Part shown: positions 52,303-64,000 of the stretch, one piece after another
Layout: each line of letters begins with the position of its first letter
Position numbering within the stretch: position 1 is the first letter of the stretch
The notes under the pieces: model-generated
What the model was told of the DNA's origin: nothing
The model's input: only the letters and a program-made list of their open reading frames with translations
Database searches by the model: none
Program-made: the position numbers and the translations under genes
Assembly (NCBI GenBank): GCA_965235115.1
Contig: OZ249436.1
Coordinates: forward strand, 13,764,001 to 13,828,000
DNA: 64,000 bases
Source of the DNA: Laetmonice hystrix
Taxonomy: Eukaryota
Reading direction: 5' to 3'

Positions 52303-55300
52303 CGATACTCATGAAAACAAGAGTCAATTGCGGCTGCTTGTCATGATTAATGCCATTAACTTTCTATTGCCATTAATTAATTTTCATGAAATGTTATCTG
52401 TGAACTCATTATATACATCGTGATTTAAATTTGACATTAGCAATTCTACGAGCTACTTTTAATAGTGATGCGTGGTGGCAAATCACTGCGGTAATAAAAA
52501 CTGTGTTTATCGTTAGATTTTCACCAAGTAATTTACCCTGGTCATGGTGCCTAGTTTACCCTGGTCATGGTTCCTAGTGGGACGCTGAATGGACGGGCCG
52601 CTATCGTTACGTGAATGAATAATGGAACGCCGACACCATTTACGTAAAAGAAAATATTCCGAATCGCCTTTAGCAGTTAATTCGTGATAGTTGCCCACCT
52701 CCCTCGGCCTCCTCGCCCCTGCTTCAAATTCCAGGGCGAAATAGTCCGAGGTAAATAGGCATTTTGGTTGTCTGTGGATAAGGCCAGGAGCAGCTCGTTG
52801 GGTTAAGAGAAGTGGCCGAGGACACGGGCGCCATGATGCCACTAATAGTCCTGGAGTAATGAAGTATCTCCTCTGGGGGTTGGTCAGTCCACGGTTAATA
52901 CAGGCACACCGGTAAAATGCCAGGTATCTGCTTACGGCGGCGCCAGGGGTGGGGTGGGGAGTGTGGGGGGGGGGGGGTGCGCGGGTTGTTACCACCATGT
53001 TAATCCCACCTCCCGTAGCTGCTAAAAGCCAATGCCGTTGACCCCACCTCGGGGATTCAGAGGGGTTGCCGCCATGAGGCCCCCTATGGCTGATCCAGGG
53101 TAATTATATTGAGGTCACGTTGGCTCCCCGGCCCGCCCGCCGCCCACCCGGGTGGTTGCCCGCCTCGGCTCAGTCCCGACGCCCATCTGGTTGGCGCGGC
53201 TCACAGTGAGTTGAGGTCAGTCACCTTGGTCGGCCGACGGCCCCAGCCGGCCCTGGCTGATACGGCGCCTGCTGCACCTACTGATTCCCGACTATCAGGT
53301 CGGCTTCAAGTCCAATTGCAAACGATACGACTGACTGATTGATATTTTTTTGTGGAAGCCAAGGCCATTCGTTACCAGTCAAGTACTTGAAAGAAACACC
53401 CAGCTGACTCTTCATGAATGCACACAACACAAGTATGCAGTTCTGAACCCCGGCGGTTTTAAAGGAAGTTTCTGTTTACACATCAGACCACAGTCCATAG
53501 AGCCTCAGCCCATTGGATGCCAATTCTTTACCTATGAAAATACTCCTAACTTAAACCAATTGTATAGATGTATATAATCGTCTTTCAAAATGTGTAAGTA
53601 ATACGAAGAAATATTAGATCTAATGCTGTTTGTCACATCCGCCCTTGGAAGCATTATGTCAAGAAAGGTGTGGTATATACTCCCCGAATGTACATCTGGC
53701 AGTATGCTGCTAGGGTTTGAGGAACCGGGCAGGGTCGGCATCTAGGCCAAGGCCGTACATCCCGACTGAGGGGTTGAGGCGGGACCACAACCTGTGAAGA
53801 CACGGGCCGAGCAAGGCCCCCCTCCTTCTTCAAGGTACCCGAACCCTCTGCCCCCGCCCTAAGCTACACTCCACACCCTATGGTCGGCACAGTGCCAAAC
53901 ACTTCCTGCTGCTTAGCTTAGCTCATATAAGTCACGAGTGGTAATGATTTGGAATGCGTACACCAATGGGCGGAGACCTAGGGAAAGATTGTGCAGCAGA
54001 GCAGCAGTAACTTTGACGGATTATCTGAAACCCAAGATACAGCTTCATATAATGTTGATGTGGCTTTTTATTTTTAGCCAAATCACTATGTTTTTTTTCA
54101 ACCTCCATGCATAATCTCTCTGCACGTATGTACATTCGATAAATCCGAGCCATAGTAAGCGAGGAGAGGGTCTAAGGGGGAAACAAGATTGGTGCTATGT
54201 ATCCAACAAACTCTGCAGTCATATATCATGGTTTTTTATTTATATAGTCGGGACAAAAAGGGTCTAGATAAGATTAATCTTTTCTTTAGTTGTTGAGGTG
54301 ATGGCTGAAGGAGGACTAGTAGATCTATCTGCCTGTGGTAGAGAAAGTGGGGGAATGGCCCAATATTTTTTATCTATAGATGGGACTGTGTTGTGCAATA
54401 TAAGAAACGCACGTTACTTCCCAGATATCGAAAGGGAAAACTTCCGGAACACGTAGAAATTGGAGGAAATCTTTTGGTATGGTGTTTTAATTAAGACGAA
54501 CACGGGGTGTGTTCGATCGAAGGCGGTCCCTCGGTAGGAGTATTGACCCAGGGAAGTGGTTGGTCTGGTTCCGACTGAGAAGTACTACCTCGCCAGTAGG
54601 ACGTATCACTGAGTTCACTTTATAGATCAGTGCAGGTCGTGCCTATAGATATGATGACCCGGCAGACGGCAATGAAATCTTGATGTTTGTGGCTGCAACA
54701 TCCATAGACGCGCAGATACGGCCATGACTGACCGAAGTGACCTTGGGCTATCGGAGCCAAACCTCAGGCACAGTTCCAGCGGGCCATGTTACCGTCCGCC
54801 CCGCTAGGCGGCGCGTCCAGTCGTCCGCCATCGACAGGCCGGGACGGCAGTAGTTATTGCTCTTATAACACTTGTTTCTCCGTCTGTCTCTGCGACTGTT
54901 ATTGATAATAGAGACGATGATGATGGCTTTGGCCGTAGGCGGGCTGCTGGATCAAGAACGTACACCCTACTGGTAGACAGTCATTCCGGGACAGAAGGTC
55001 CTAGAATATCGACAGGCCCCGGCCAGTCTCTCACTACGTCTTCCCACCAACCCGCTATTTTGTCCCTTAATCCTTGATCAGTGAAGAATTACCTGAAAGC
55101 GCCATCCTTGCAATCACACCAGCAGATGGCGTCGTGCCGCTTGAAGAAGGCAATCCGTCAAAGGCTTTCATTTTCTTGGACCGGAAAGCTGTCTCTGTGA
55201 AAGAAAGTTGTCCCTTTAAACATAAAAGATGACTGGTCGAGGTCGCGGAGATGGCCAGGAAAGGAGTTCGAGCCAGGATTGCCGTCTATCAGAATCCTTC

Positions 55301-57512
55301 CACTCACCCTTGTCAATCACCCTTTCTGTCCCCGGTGGTATCAGGCAAGCATTATAATTTCACCCTGTTTCCAGTCGCGCCCACTCAAAGGACCGATGGA
55401 TCAGTTGTTGCGAATGCATTGGCCTCTTGCCCCTAGATGAAATGTGTAATATTTTACTATACCTCCGAATGACAGCGGTGCTGCTTAGAATGTTATAGGG
55501 GTCTTAGCTGAGGTTCTGAATATCATGACTTCTTTGTAGTCGACGTTTGCTTTACAACTCTTTTGAAGAAGTTGATCATGATCAGAAGCTGACTGAATGA
55601 TCTACATCACCGGTTTATGCAACAGGGGGGGGGGGGGGGTTATTTAAAAGATTTAAAAGAAATTACACAAATCAAAAATACGAAAACGCAGCAGATAAAT
55701 GCCGAGAGAGTATGCCAAGACGTTATGCGTTGTGGATGTTGACATGGTTCCTTGATTGTACATAGAGGCCAGCCAGTCGCTTACCCTGCCAATATGTTAG
55801 CGCCGACAGCCAGTTGTTAGGTAGAGAGATGTGCCAAAACACGTGAATAGATTCCGCATTCCTGCTGGGATGATAATGGCAGAACCTGACGCCTCTATAG
55901 TAATAAATAATAATATGGTCTGCCATAACGTTTAATTCATAGCCTATATCAGACCGTATTGGCGTAATAGTCCATCCATGGTATTTCATCGTCCTTTTTC
56001 ATTCACTTGTTAATTTCTAAATGATCAAAAACGACGTCGCCTTGGTGATCGACTCACAATGTTCCTTAATCATAGAACATTTTCTATACAACAATAGGGT
56101 GGTGTGATTAAAGCGAAGTTTTGAGGGTAATATAGGAGCTATAAAGTGTTTACGAGAAGCAGCACAGGGCCGTTGCAGGAATTCTGCCGTCACTGGCATG
56201 GTGTCGGCGTGTAGACGTTTCGGCAGGTGTGCCTGTGGATGATGGCACTGTGGGCGAACAGGAAAAACACTTGGTGAAGGTCATGGCACTGGCTTCTCTG
56301 GCTCCTGTTCCAGCCGTTCCATGTGCTAGGATGAGGCGGTCACGTGTTGTAAAGCGTACCGTGATGGATACGTGCGGTTGGGGATGGGTTGAGAGAGCCG
56401 CGGGGGGCTCCAGGCGAGAGGGGAGAGAGGGCAAGTGGGAGAGACGGCGAGCGGTGCGAGGGTAAACAGAAACCCTTGTATTTCAATACGTTTCTCTCTG
56501 CGCCAAGCTATACAGCATGGGGCACTCAACAACAGCAAGCTGCATTTCAACACTGCTATAGGAAATAAGGGATTGGTAGTTATAAAGTTATCTGAATATT
56601 GAAATGCTAATATCAACAGAAACACGGCGGCTCTAGCTATCAGCGCCGCATTCCTTTTGGTTATGTGCGTGTTATGGGGTGTAGCCAGGAATAAAACTAA
56701 TTAGGGAAGCAGGTGGTAAACTTTAGCTAGTGTTTTGCGTTAGGATCCCGGGCGGCCATTCCTTATTACCTCCTGATTGTAGAAAGTATAACGTGTCTGA
56801 GCCTGATTCCCGTATAGACCACATTCCCTGCTAAAGCGATTTCCGATGTAATGAGTAGTCCTACGGCAGATTGTCTTGTGTGCGACCCTCGAGATACTGA
56901 ATGTTTCGTCTCTCAAATAGCAAATCCATCATCGATATGTACATTTTGTACCTTAGATTGTGTGGATATGCAAGGAATCAACACATCTAGCCGTCCGTAG
57001 ATAGCAATTAACCTTCGTTAGCAGTTATGACTAATCGACAGTCAGTGGAACAGTGACGTCCTCGTATTGCCTCTTATCGTCAGCCGCACTTAACTAATGG
57101 TGAAAGGTCAAAGGTTACACATACTGTTTGGCACATGATTGATCTCATTGGAGGTAATTAATGTCACTCTCCAATAGGTAGCTCAGTCCCACTCACGTCC
57201 CAATCACCCAAGGATTATAGACATGCCACTTAACCCAGATCTTGCCGTCAGTTCCTACACCTCAGTAATGGGTGGATGCTAGCATTTGTACGACAACGAC
57301 TATTACAAATAGAGAAATCCTGTGCTGGACTATAGACATAACATGGTTCTGTTAATTCGGCATAAGAATTTATACTATTAAAAGACGTCTAAAGGGCATG
57401 AAATACTGCCCAACTGTCATTTTCTACTTATGGTATATTTTCGCATTGCCATCACTATCCTTATTGAAATATAGGCTAATATGGAATAGTCGGGAACTGT
57501 TCCTAGAGGTTA

Positions 57513-58625
57513 TAGGTTTAATCCGCCGACAGTGAGATTCAGTAGGAAGATTTTCAACCTGTTTTGTGTTAATGTTTGATGATAAGGTTTATTTAATCCG
57601 CCGACAGTGAGGTTCAGTAGGAAGATTTCCAACCTGTTATGTGTTAATGGTTGATGATAAGGTTTATTTAATCCGCCGACAGTGAGGTTCAGTATGATAA
57701 GTTTTATTTAATCCGCTGACAGTGATTCGGTAGGAAGATTTCCAACCTGTTATGTGTTAATGGTTGATGATAAGGTTTATTTAATCCGCCGACAGTGAGG
57801 TTCAGTAGGAAGATTTCCAACCTGTTATGTGTTAATGTTTGATGATAAGGTTTATTTAATCCGCCGACAGTGAGGTTCAGTAGGAAGATTTCCAACCTGT
57901 TATGTGTTAATGTTTGATGATAAGGTTTATTTAATCCGCTGACAGTGAGGTTCAGTAGAAAGATTTCCAACCTGTTATGTGTTAATGGTTGATGATAAGG
58001 TTTATTTAATCCACCGACAGTGTTTCAGTAGGAAGATTTCCAACCTGTTATGTGTTAATGTTTGATGATAAGGTTTATTTAATCCGCCGACAGTGAGGTT
58101 CAGTATGATAAGGTTTATTTAATCCGCCGACAGTGAGGTTCAGTATGATAAGGTTTATTTAATCCGCCGACAGTGAGGTTCAGTAGGAAGATTTCCAACC
58201 TGTTATGTGTTAATGTTTGATGGTAAGGTTTATTTAATCCACCGACAGTGAGGTTCAGTAGGAAGATTTCCAACCTGTTATGTGTTAATGTTTGATGATA
58301 CGGTTTATTTAATCCGCCGACAGTGAGGTTCAGTATGATAAGGTTTATTTAATCCGCCGACAGTGAGGTTCAGTAGGAAGATTTGCAACCTGTTATGTGT
58401 GAATGTTTGATGATAAGGTTTATTTAATCCGCCGACATTGAGGTTCAGTAGGAAGATTTGCAACCGGTTATGTGTGAATGTTTGATGATAAGGTTTATTT
58501 AATCCGCCGACAGTGAGGTTCAGTAGGAAGATTTCCAACCTGTTATGTGTTAATGTTTGATGATAAGGTTTATTTAATCCGCCGACAGTGAGGTTCAGTA
58601 GGAAGATTTCCAACCTGTTATATGT
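57513..58625. repeat. 75-bp minisatellite with interspersed 40-bp truncated units
   Basis: Long unit ATAAGGTTTATTTAATCCGCCGACAGTGAGGTTCAGTAGGAAGATTTCCAACCTGTTATGTGTTAATGTTTGATG. The short unit ends ...GGTTCAGTATG (period 40 at 58081/58121). Confidence 0.97.
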
Positions 58626-59987
58626 TTTATGTCTATCTTTGTCTTCCTGTATGTAATTATATACTATGTTGTAGTGCTGTTGACCATTGTGTCGTCTTGT
58701 CTTCCTGGTGAATCTAATTTTTTTTTCTGTGTCTTATTATGTAACTTGATGAAGTATACCTATTACGCTTTTAAAAGTGATCCCCACTTTATTTCATTGT
58801 CTTAGAATGCCCTTATATCTTTGCTATGAAGAAAATGTTTTCCCCATGTCACTTTATTCCTACTTTTACCAAGTGCTGAATACTTGTGTGACTTAATATA
58901 TAAATCAATTGAGATTTAACTATATTATTTCATTTTGTTCCTAAGCAACGGAAGTAATGTGTAAGTACGATTGTGTATTCCAGTTGCCTACTTAGGTAAT
59001 TAGTTAATTAATAATTCAGGCCGTGATGGCACTGTTTGAAACTCATTGACATGTCTGAGATATGCAGTGATTTTATTTTAGGTTGCATGAACGAAATCTA
59101 CACTGATGAGTAGTACACATTAGCTTCATTACTTCATTGTTCCTATAATGTTGTCGTTGATACGTCCAACCCCGTGACAGCAGAACAAACATAGGCCACT
59201 CTGTGAGTGTTACCCTTTTGGTTGACAGTGAATATTTTACTTTGGGACATTTTTTAAATTACTCCGTTGATTCAGCCTCAGTTGTTGACGGGAACACGTT
59301 TTAGCATACAAGTAATAAAGAAAACCAAGACCACTTTTTACTCTCAGTGAATGAATCTAAAAAAGGAACCAGAATCCTTTGCCGGGTCCGTATCAAAGAT
59401 CGCCAATGTCTGTTATCGAAGCGCCATTTTCCGATCACACCCCCGTTGTTGGATTAATTGCACACGTGGCGCCTAGCGTCAGTTCCAAGGCGTAAAGACT
59501 CGATATGTGGCACTGGTTTCAATATAAAGATGGAAGAGAAGGAGAAGGGGCAGATTACAAGGCCTGTGCCGGTATCCGTGTTAGAGATCGATCAATAGAT
59601 AACTGTCAACTGTGAAACTCGACCTCCTGCCGGATGAGCAGGTCAAGGTGGGGGGGGGGGGGGTCCCCACTGCTGCCCATTTTTCTCTTTTTTAGGTCTG
59701 TATTCAAAATAGTCTGACTCCAATTAGTGTGAGGCGCAGGTGTAAAGCCGGGGCATTTTACAAGGTTGGGAATGATTTTTCAATATATAGGCCTACCTTT
59801 AAACCCGATGACGGGTTTGGGTATTTCCAGTTGAAGAATGTAGGAGAACGATCAAATGACAGGTCTACCGTAAGCTGCACTCAAGATTATTCTACAACTA
59901 TGAAATGGTGAGACCAACATTTTAGGTAGTTAGACATTATTTGGGGGATTCAATTGGAAAACATGTTTACTTCGGTAACCGCTTAGC

Positions 59988-60070
59988 TTAATTCAGTGCA
60001 TGAATGTAGAGCAGCTTATGTAGCCGTTCTTCACCTATCTTATGTCTTGCAACGTCTAGTTGGTGCGCGA
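59988..60070 (-). pseudogene. Possible relic of a hAT transposase C-terminal dimerisation domain
   Basis: LAHQLDVARHKIGEERLHKLLYIHALN resembles the hATC tail R(N/S)x(L/M)GxERLxxLxxIH. The upstream SxxxERxFS motif is not recognisable. Confidence 0.3.
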
Positions 60071-60403
60071 GTGATAGCGGTGGTTTGCTTCCGTAGACTA
60101 TCGCCTGGCAGTGTACTACGCATGGAGAGAGATTACAAGCTTTAGGTTTAGTATTTCGCCAAGAGACTGGTTCTTTTCGTACAACTATCCATATAGGTTC
60201 CATGGTTTCTGGACTCAGTGATACGTTTTTATGATCATAACTTTTATCTGTATCAATTATTTTCAGTGTCGTTCATGGACTCGTCTGTTTACATCGAAGC
60301 CTTATCGAAGCCTTGTCCTCTTTTTCTCACAGAGACCCCCCCCCCCCCATCCCTAAAACTGATTCTGAACAGATTGTTATTTTTATTTATTACTTTTACA
60401 CAG

Positions 60404-60472
60404 GAACAACCTCTGTGCCGGAGGGTGTCTTCAGTCCTTCTAAATTCCGGCTTGAGAGAGCACGCCACAGGC
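60404..60472 (+). CDS. Candidate 69-nt internal exon of an unknown gene
   Basis: Strong acceptor (TTATTTTTATTTATTACTTTTACACAG) and donor GTAAGT. The length is a multiple of 3 and it is open in two phases (EQPLCRRVSSVLLNSGLREHATG or TTSVPEGVFSPSKFRLERARHR). Confidence 0.25.
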
Positions 60473-61257
60473 GTAAGTAAGCCTCACAAAGTTGCACGCC
60501 AGAGTTTTTTTTAAAGACCCTGTTCATCATGAATGTACCCAGTCCCACCCGATGAATTGATCAACTGAACGATTTCAATCCACCACGCCCCTCCCCCATG
60601 TCACCAATGTGAATATATTTGACATAATACAATCTTAGGATATGACACATGTATACATTTATACGATATGTTCTGGTCCAACTAACCACTTACGTGCACG
60701 CTATACCCACAGACATACATGGAGATACACCTATACTTGGTACATACGTGAAGGCCTAACATATAAACGTGCATGTAATACTAAATATCCAAACACTATA
60801 AACACATGCTGCATACATGTATCCGTATGCAGGACGTATGTCGGCATATAGAGGCCTTATCATAATGCTCTTCTGTTTGTGCTTACAAACTGCATGTAAT
60901 ACATGGACTTATAGGTCTATGCATGCATAGAGGTATGGGTGCAGTAATCTAGGGGCCGGGGATCGATTTCAGTCGGGTGCTATACAATTTTCTCATTCCG
61001 GATATGGTGAGAGTGCACTGGGTTACGCCTGATGCCCCTGTACAGTGGAGTTAAGAGTCCTATCTCTCCTGAAAACCACACATACACACATCCTACATAT
61101 GTATGCTTTCATATTCTGTGGAGTACATGCAGGCGGTTAGATCATGTTTCGGCATGCCAGCTTCATTAATTTCCCCTAATTAGCATCATGACTACACAAA
61201 TTCCCGAGTTCCATTTTTTCCATGGGTTCCCTCGGTAAGTGCAGATTGCGCTCTACG

Positions 61258-61408
61258 CTAGGTTTGCCCATTCCGACACTAGGTTTGCCCATTCCGACAC
61301 TAAGTTTGTCCATTCCGACACTAGGTTTGTCCATTCCGACACTAGGTTTGCCCATTCCGACACTAGGTTTGCCCATTCCGACACTAGGTTTGCCCGACAC
61401 TAGGTTTG
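61258..61408. repeat. 21-bp minisatellite (~7 copies)
   Basis: Unit CTAGGTTTGCCCATTCCGACA. It explains the MGKPSVG and PIPTLGL repeat ORFs. Confidence 0.95.
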
Positions 61409-62204
61409 ACTTATGGAGTCCGTCTGTCACAGTGATGATACGAGTCTACAACACTAGATGCCACCACCATCGCCTAATTCGTCTTGCTTTCAGCGACTTT
61501 TCTCTACAGATATTGTCATCCAACCTTGATCAAAATGATCTATTGGCTGTTTGATTCCGCCGACAAGGTCATCCGCTAACAGATGTTGTCGCCATGTTTT
61601 TTAAAGATGGTTGTCATATCTAAGCTGGAGTTCTCGTCCTCTTACTTACCAAGAATATTGTTTGCGAAAAGAAAGAATAGCGATATCAAATCGTAAAGAC
61701 GACGGCGGCGCGTCTCACATTTCGAGAAACAATATTATCATTGCGGTCAGGAAATCCTCCCGTGTTTTAGTGGCTCTTGTATAAATAGATCAACTAGTCA
61801 TCTATAGCATCGAGCCGGGCCGTCAGCAAGACGCTGCCCTACTTGAGCAGCGCCGTGCTGCCATTCAAAGCCACCGAGTTTTATTTTAATGAAGCTATTC
61901 CTGTTTTAGCATTTTCCGGACATGTTGAACGCCAAGGGAGCTTTTCAGCCTCTCAAAATCATTTTACCCGCACCAAAGATGCTGGACGAACATTCGTGAG
62001 TCCTGTGGACTTACAGGGGTGTGACTGTGTCTGCAGTATAGAATGTCCAGTTTGTACAGGTTGGTGATGTACACGTGAGTTGTTCTATACCAGGTGATTA
62101 TGCCAGGATCCGTCAGTAGTACTGCGACACGATGACGGGCCGACAAGACGGTAGATTACCGCGGTCCATCCGGCAGCTGATGCTATAGCTATATATGATC
62201 AGAG

Positions 62205-63974
62205 TTAGTGTTTACTTATATTCAACACGGGAGCTTTGCTATCGACTTGATTACAAGTTGACTGATCTACTGATAATATAACCAAAATCCTCTCCGAGCA
62301 GGAGGACCAAGCGTGTTTCATTGACGAAATGATTGTTGCCGACGACTGGCTCTTATAACTGGAGTCGATGAGCAAATACCGGTAGGACGGCTCTCCGGCT
62401 TCAACGAAGGCAGACGATCGATCGGCAGGCAGTGTTGGAGGTGCTGGCGATGGCACAGTGTCGGCGCCTGGGCACTCAGTCGGCAACGGTAGCGGGCGGA
62501 CGCGTGCCGTCGAGCCAACCCACCATCCTTTCCTCCATTCTCACAGGCCAGAAAAGATCCGCGTTTTCTGGGGGCTCCGGCCTACGTCATATTCATCTTG
62601 GATCCAGCTGACGGAAACGAGCGAGAACGAAGCCAAACGGCGGGGAAACGGACGTCGGGACACTGGGACGGCTAGGGGAGGCGGGCTGTCTCGACGTCAT
62701 GAGGTGATATGATGTTAATGGCAATCGAGTAATTGAACGTCACCGGGTACAGACGGCCGTGTGGGCTCATACACCATGTAGACGTACCCGACGTTTGAAA
62801 CTTGGGTCATCAGAGGCAATGAACGTTTGCTGGACAGATTGGGAAATGAGACATCGGAGAGGGAGAATCGGCCATAAGCGGAATTATCGGAGAGAGTAAG
62901 CCTAGAAACACCACCCGTTGGGGTTGACTTCAACCCCGTTCCGGTGGCTGTGTGGAGTACGGACGGCCTGGAGAGAGCTATTGGCAGTGAACACTCGCCT
63001 GGCACGGCGTACAGGTCCAGAGGCAAGCAGGCGGCCCGCCAGCCTCGCACACTCATGCCGCAGAATCCCATCACGTAGCAGCAAAAGCGCGGAAGCGGTT
63101 CCACCCGATGTGGCCTCGAGCCTGCAATCGTGGCAGGTGACATGTAGACAAGCGAACCCTTCCCGCCGGCCACACCCCAGCCGAACGCCCGGTCGGTGAT
63201 CACGGCCAGCCTGCCCGCCTGCCCGCCTGCCCGCCTGCCAGCCAGCCAGCCAAGCCGTCCGGGCTGGCTGCCTTCTGGACTGTTTAATGGTTCCACGGGA
63301 GTATTGGAACTGATCGGATGGAGCATACGTTGGACGGTACGGCGTAGAAAGAGCCAGCTGTCGGCACGGGTTGGCATACATGGCCCATTATGACAGCTCT
63401 GAGAATGTTGATGGGTAACATAAAGGGCCTAACGACAGCGTCCACCCACAGCCGTCCAGATGGGCCGGCCTCTCCAAACGACCGCCTCCCCCGACACTGA
63501 AACCGCCGACAACTTGATGGCCCAGTGCCGAACGTGATGCCGCATCTCCAGATCTTCTTTTCGGACGATAAACGCTTCAACCTGTAGTAGTCGCTGGCGG
63601 CTGGATGGCCAGACTCGACCCTTGAAGGTGAGGTTTGCTCTGGACTCGATTCTGTCGGGCACAAACAGACGTCTTCCTGTAGGTGGTGCGTGGTGGGAGT
63701 TAAAAAAAGGATCCGCCCCCGACAAGGAAATGGTTGGATAGTGTCAGCTGCTGCTGCCGCCACAGTCTGCGATTCGCCAACCTGCCGCAGTCTGTGCAGG
63801 TAGCCGCGAGGTGAAACCAACTGTCCTCTTACCGGATGGTATATGTGTATGTGCCAACCAACACAACCAATGCCCCGACGCGGCCATGCACGAGGTATAT
63901 GTCAAGATCACGAACGTACTGTCAGGACCAACCTTTGTGGATCCCGGGCAAGGAAACGGATTACTGTGCACGGA
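62205..63974 (-). pseudogene. Long degenerate reading frame (~590 codons, 5 internal stops) in a GC-rich island; family unknown
   Basis: Track ORFs 63744-63971, 63429-63725, 62715-63377 and 62205-62486 all lie in the same minus-strand frame, separated by only five stop codons (around 63744, 63429, 62715, 62697 and 62541). Confidence 0.35.
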
Positions 63975-64000
63975 TTAACACCAAAACCTTGTTGGAACTA

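Noticed and set aside
52690-52760. LINE ORF2 C-terminal-like NAYLPRTISPWN (minus strand)
   Set aside because: It is a single weak motif with no RT domain or 3' tail
16499-58625. Tandem arrays as CRISPR arrays
   Set aside because: The units are contiguous with no unique spacers, there are no cas genes, and the context is eukaryotic
31954-63720. Pairing CAGGGGCGGATCC (31954) with GGATCCGCCCC (~63709) as TIRs of a 32-kb element
   Set aside because: The match is only about 11 bp, there is no TSD, and the distance is implausible

Overview
This is a repeat-rich eukaryotic scaffold segment with two N gaps, at 13775-13928 and 47565-47764. It looks metazoan and probably invertebrate, because CpG is not visibly depleted, it carries vertebrate-type TTAGGG repeats, and poly-G/poly-C runs and TAGGCCTA are frequent. 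No complete protein-coding gene, rRNA, tRNA or CRISPR array can be supported, and most entries in the ORF track are repeat-derived or chance ORFs. The well-supported content is eight minisatellite arrays (units of 21-75 bp), several microsatellites and four inverted-repeat non-autonomous DNA elements. It also includes a ~590-bp dispersed duplication containing a signal-peptide-like exon with a GTAAGT donor. Several GC-rich islands look like decayed coding sequence, with motif-level hints of a PIF1/Helitron helicase, a hAT dimerisation domain, a ureohydrolase and an ion-channel segment. The most unusual structure is a 759-bp foldback element with 136-bp perfect TIRs and a target-site duplication, whose centre is a head-to-head (TTAGGG)n-(CCCTAA)n junction that mimics a telomere fusion scar. 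All protein-family assignments are by-eye motif matches and have not been tested by search.
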